Origin: Mobula hypostoma
Lineage: Eukaryota
Reading direction: 5' to 3'
Assembly: GCF_963921235.1 (NCBI RefSeq)
Contig: NC_086097.1
Location: forward strand, 29,824,001 to 29,888,000
Length of the DNA stretch: 64,000 nucleotides
The notes below the pieces were generated by a model that saw nothing but the letters and a program-made list of their open reading frames with translations, made no database searches and was not told the origin of the DNA. This document shows, piece after piece, positions 62,804 to 64,000 of the stretch. The position numbers were made by a program, and so were the translations under genes. Within the stretch, counting starts at the first letter, position 1; each line of letters starts with the position of its first letter.

Positions 62804-63948
62804 GACGAGGGAAGCACAGGAGCGCTTATAGGACTGCTTTGAATCAATGGACTGGACGGCGTTCAGGTATTCATTTTCAAATCTGGATGAGTATGCTGCA
62901 GTTCATTAAAACCTGCGTGGATGAGTGTATGCTTATGAAAACTTACTGTACATTCCCAAACCAAAAGCCGTGGATGAACCAGGAGGTATCTCGTCTGCTG
63001 AGGGCTAAATCTGTGGCATTTAAGTCTGGTGGCCCAGGTTTGTAGAAGCAAACCAGGTATGACTTGCGGAGGGCTATTTCAAGCGTGAAGAGACAATTCG
63101 AAGTAAGATCGGGGATGACATCGGATCCAGGGTTTGCAAGACATTACTTCCTACTAAGTGAAACCCAATAGCATGAATGGCAGCGATACTTCACTACCAG
63201 ATGAGCTGAATGCCTTCTATGCCTTCCTTGAAAGTGAGAATATAACTATAGCTGTGAAGATCCATGCTGCCTCTGGTGACCCTGTGATCTCTGTCTCGGA
63301 AACTGATGTTAGGCTGCCTTTAAGGAGGGTGAACTCTCACAAGGCGGCAGGCCTCAATGGAGTACCTGGTAAGGGTCTGAAAAATTGTGCCAACCAACTG
63401 GCAGGAGTACTCAAGGACCATTTTCAACCTCTCACTGCTACAGTCAGAAGCTCCCACCTGCGTCAAAAAGGCAATAATTAAACCAGTGCCTAAGAAGAGC
63501 AGTGTGAGCTGCCTTAATGACTATCATCAAGTAGCACTCACATCTACAGAGATGAAATGCTTTTGAGAGGTTGGTCAAGGCCAGAATCAACTCCTGTCTC
63601 AGCGATAGGCAAATAGGCAATTTGCCTATCGCCGTAATAGATCTAGCACAGACGCAGTCTCAGTGGCTCTTCACACGGCCTTAGATCACCAGGGCAATGC
63701 AAACACTTATGACAAGATGCTGTTCGTTGACTATAGCTCAGCATTTAAGACCATCATTCCCACATTCATGGTCAATAAGCTACAGAACCTGGGCCTCTGT
63801 ACCTACATCTGCAATTGGATCCTTGACTTCCTAACCGGAAGACCACAATCTGAGCAGATTGGTAATAATACCTCCTCCTCACACTCGGGTGTGTGCTTAG
63901 CCCTCTATTCTACTCTCTGTCTGTACCCATGACTGTGTGGCTAGGTAT
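62804..63948 (+). mobile_element. Rex/Babar-type LINE ORF2 fragment
   Basis: [43 protein letters not shown]. Confidence 0.85.
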
Positions 63949-64000
63949 AGAACATAGAATATAGAATAGTACAGCACAGTACAGGCCCTTCGGCCCACAA

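Overview
This is repeat-dense vertebrate genomic DNA. The repeat complement (CR1/HER1-type LINEs, V-SINE-like tRNA SINEs, Rex/Babar-type LINEs, Penelope remnants) points to a cartilaginous fish, probably a ray; that assignment is an inference. Three host genes can be read from the sequence. (1) The first coding exon of an HHIP-like protein (HHIPL1-like; minus, 11593-11853). (2) A class A GPCR of the GPR4/GPR65/GPR68/GPR132 proton-sensing group with its whole CDS in one exon (minus, 17374-18360). In this receptor both cysteines of the normally conserved TM3-ECL2 disulfide appear replaced by tyrosine. (3) A phase-consistent multi-exon plus-strand gene (43280-43289 tentative, 49429-50613, 54961-55040, 57857-57965) encoding a low-complexity protein that leads into a probable SAM domain. 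Mobile DNA highlights: a young full-length Gmr1-type LTR element with about 99% identical LTRs, a 4-bp TSD and one 932-aa ORF whose INT/RT part is a catalytically dead in-frame mosaic. It is nested in another LTR beside a 5'-truncated Gypsy element. There is also a complete non-autonomous Helitron with STPR-like repeats, a Hero-type RLE LINE fragment, Penelope remnants with minimal hammerhead cores, and two minisatellites (54 bp with a 1026-bp higher-order duplication, and 32 bp) that grew out of dispersed repeats. Boundaries of degenerate repeats are approximate.
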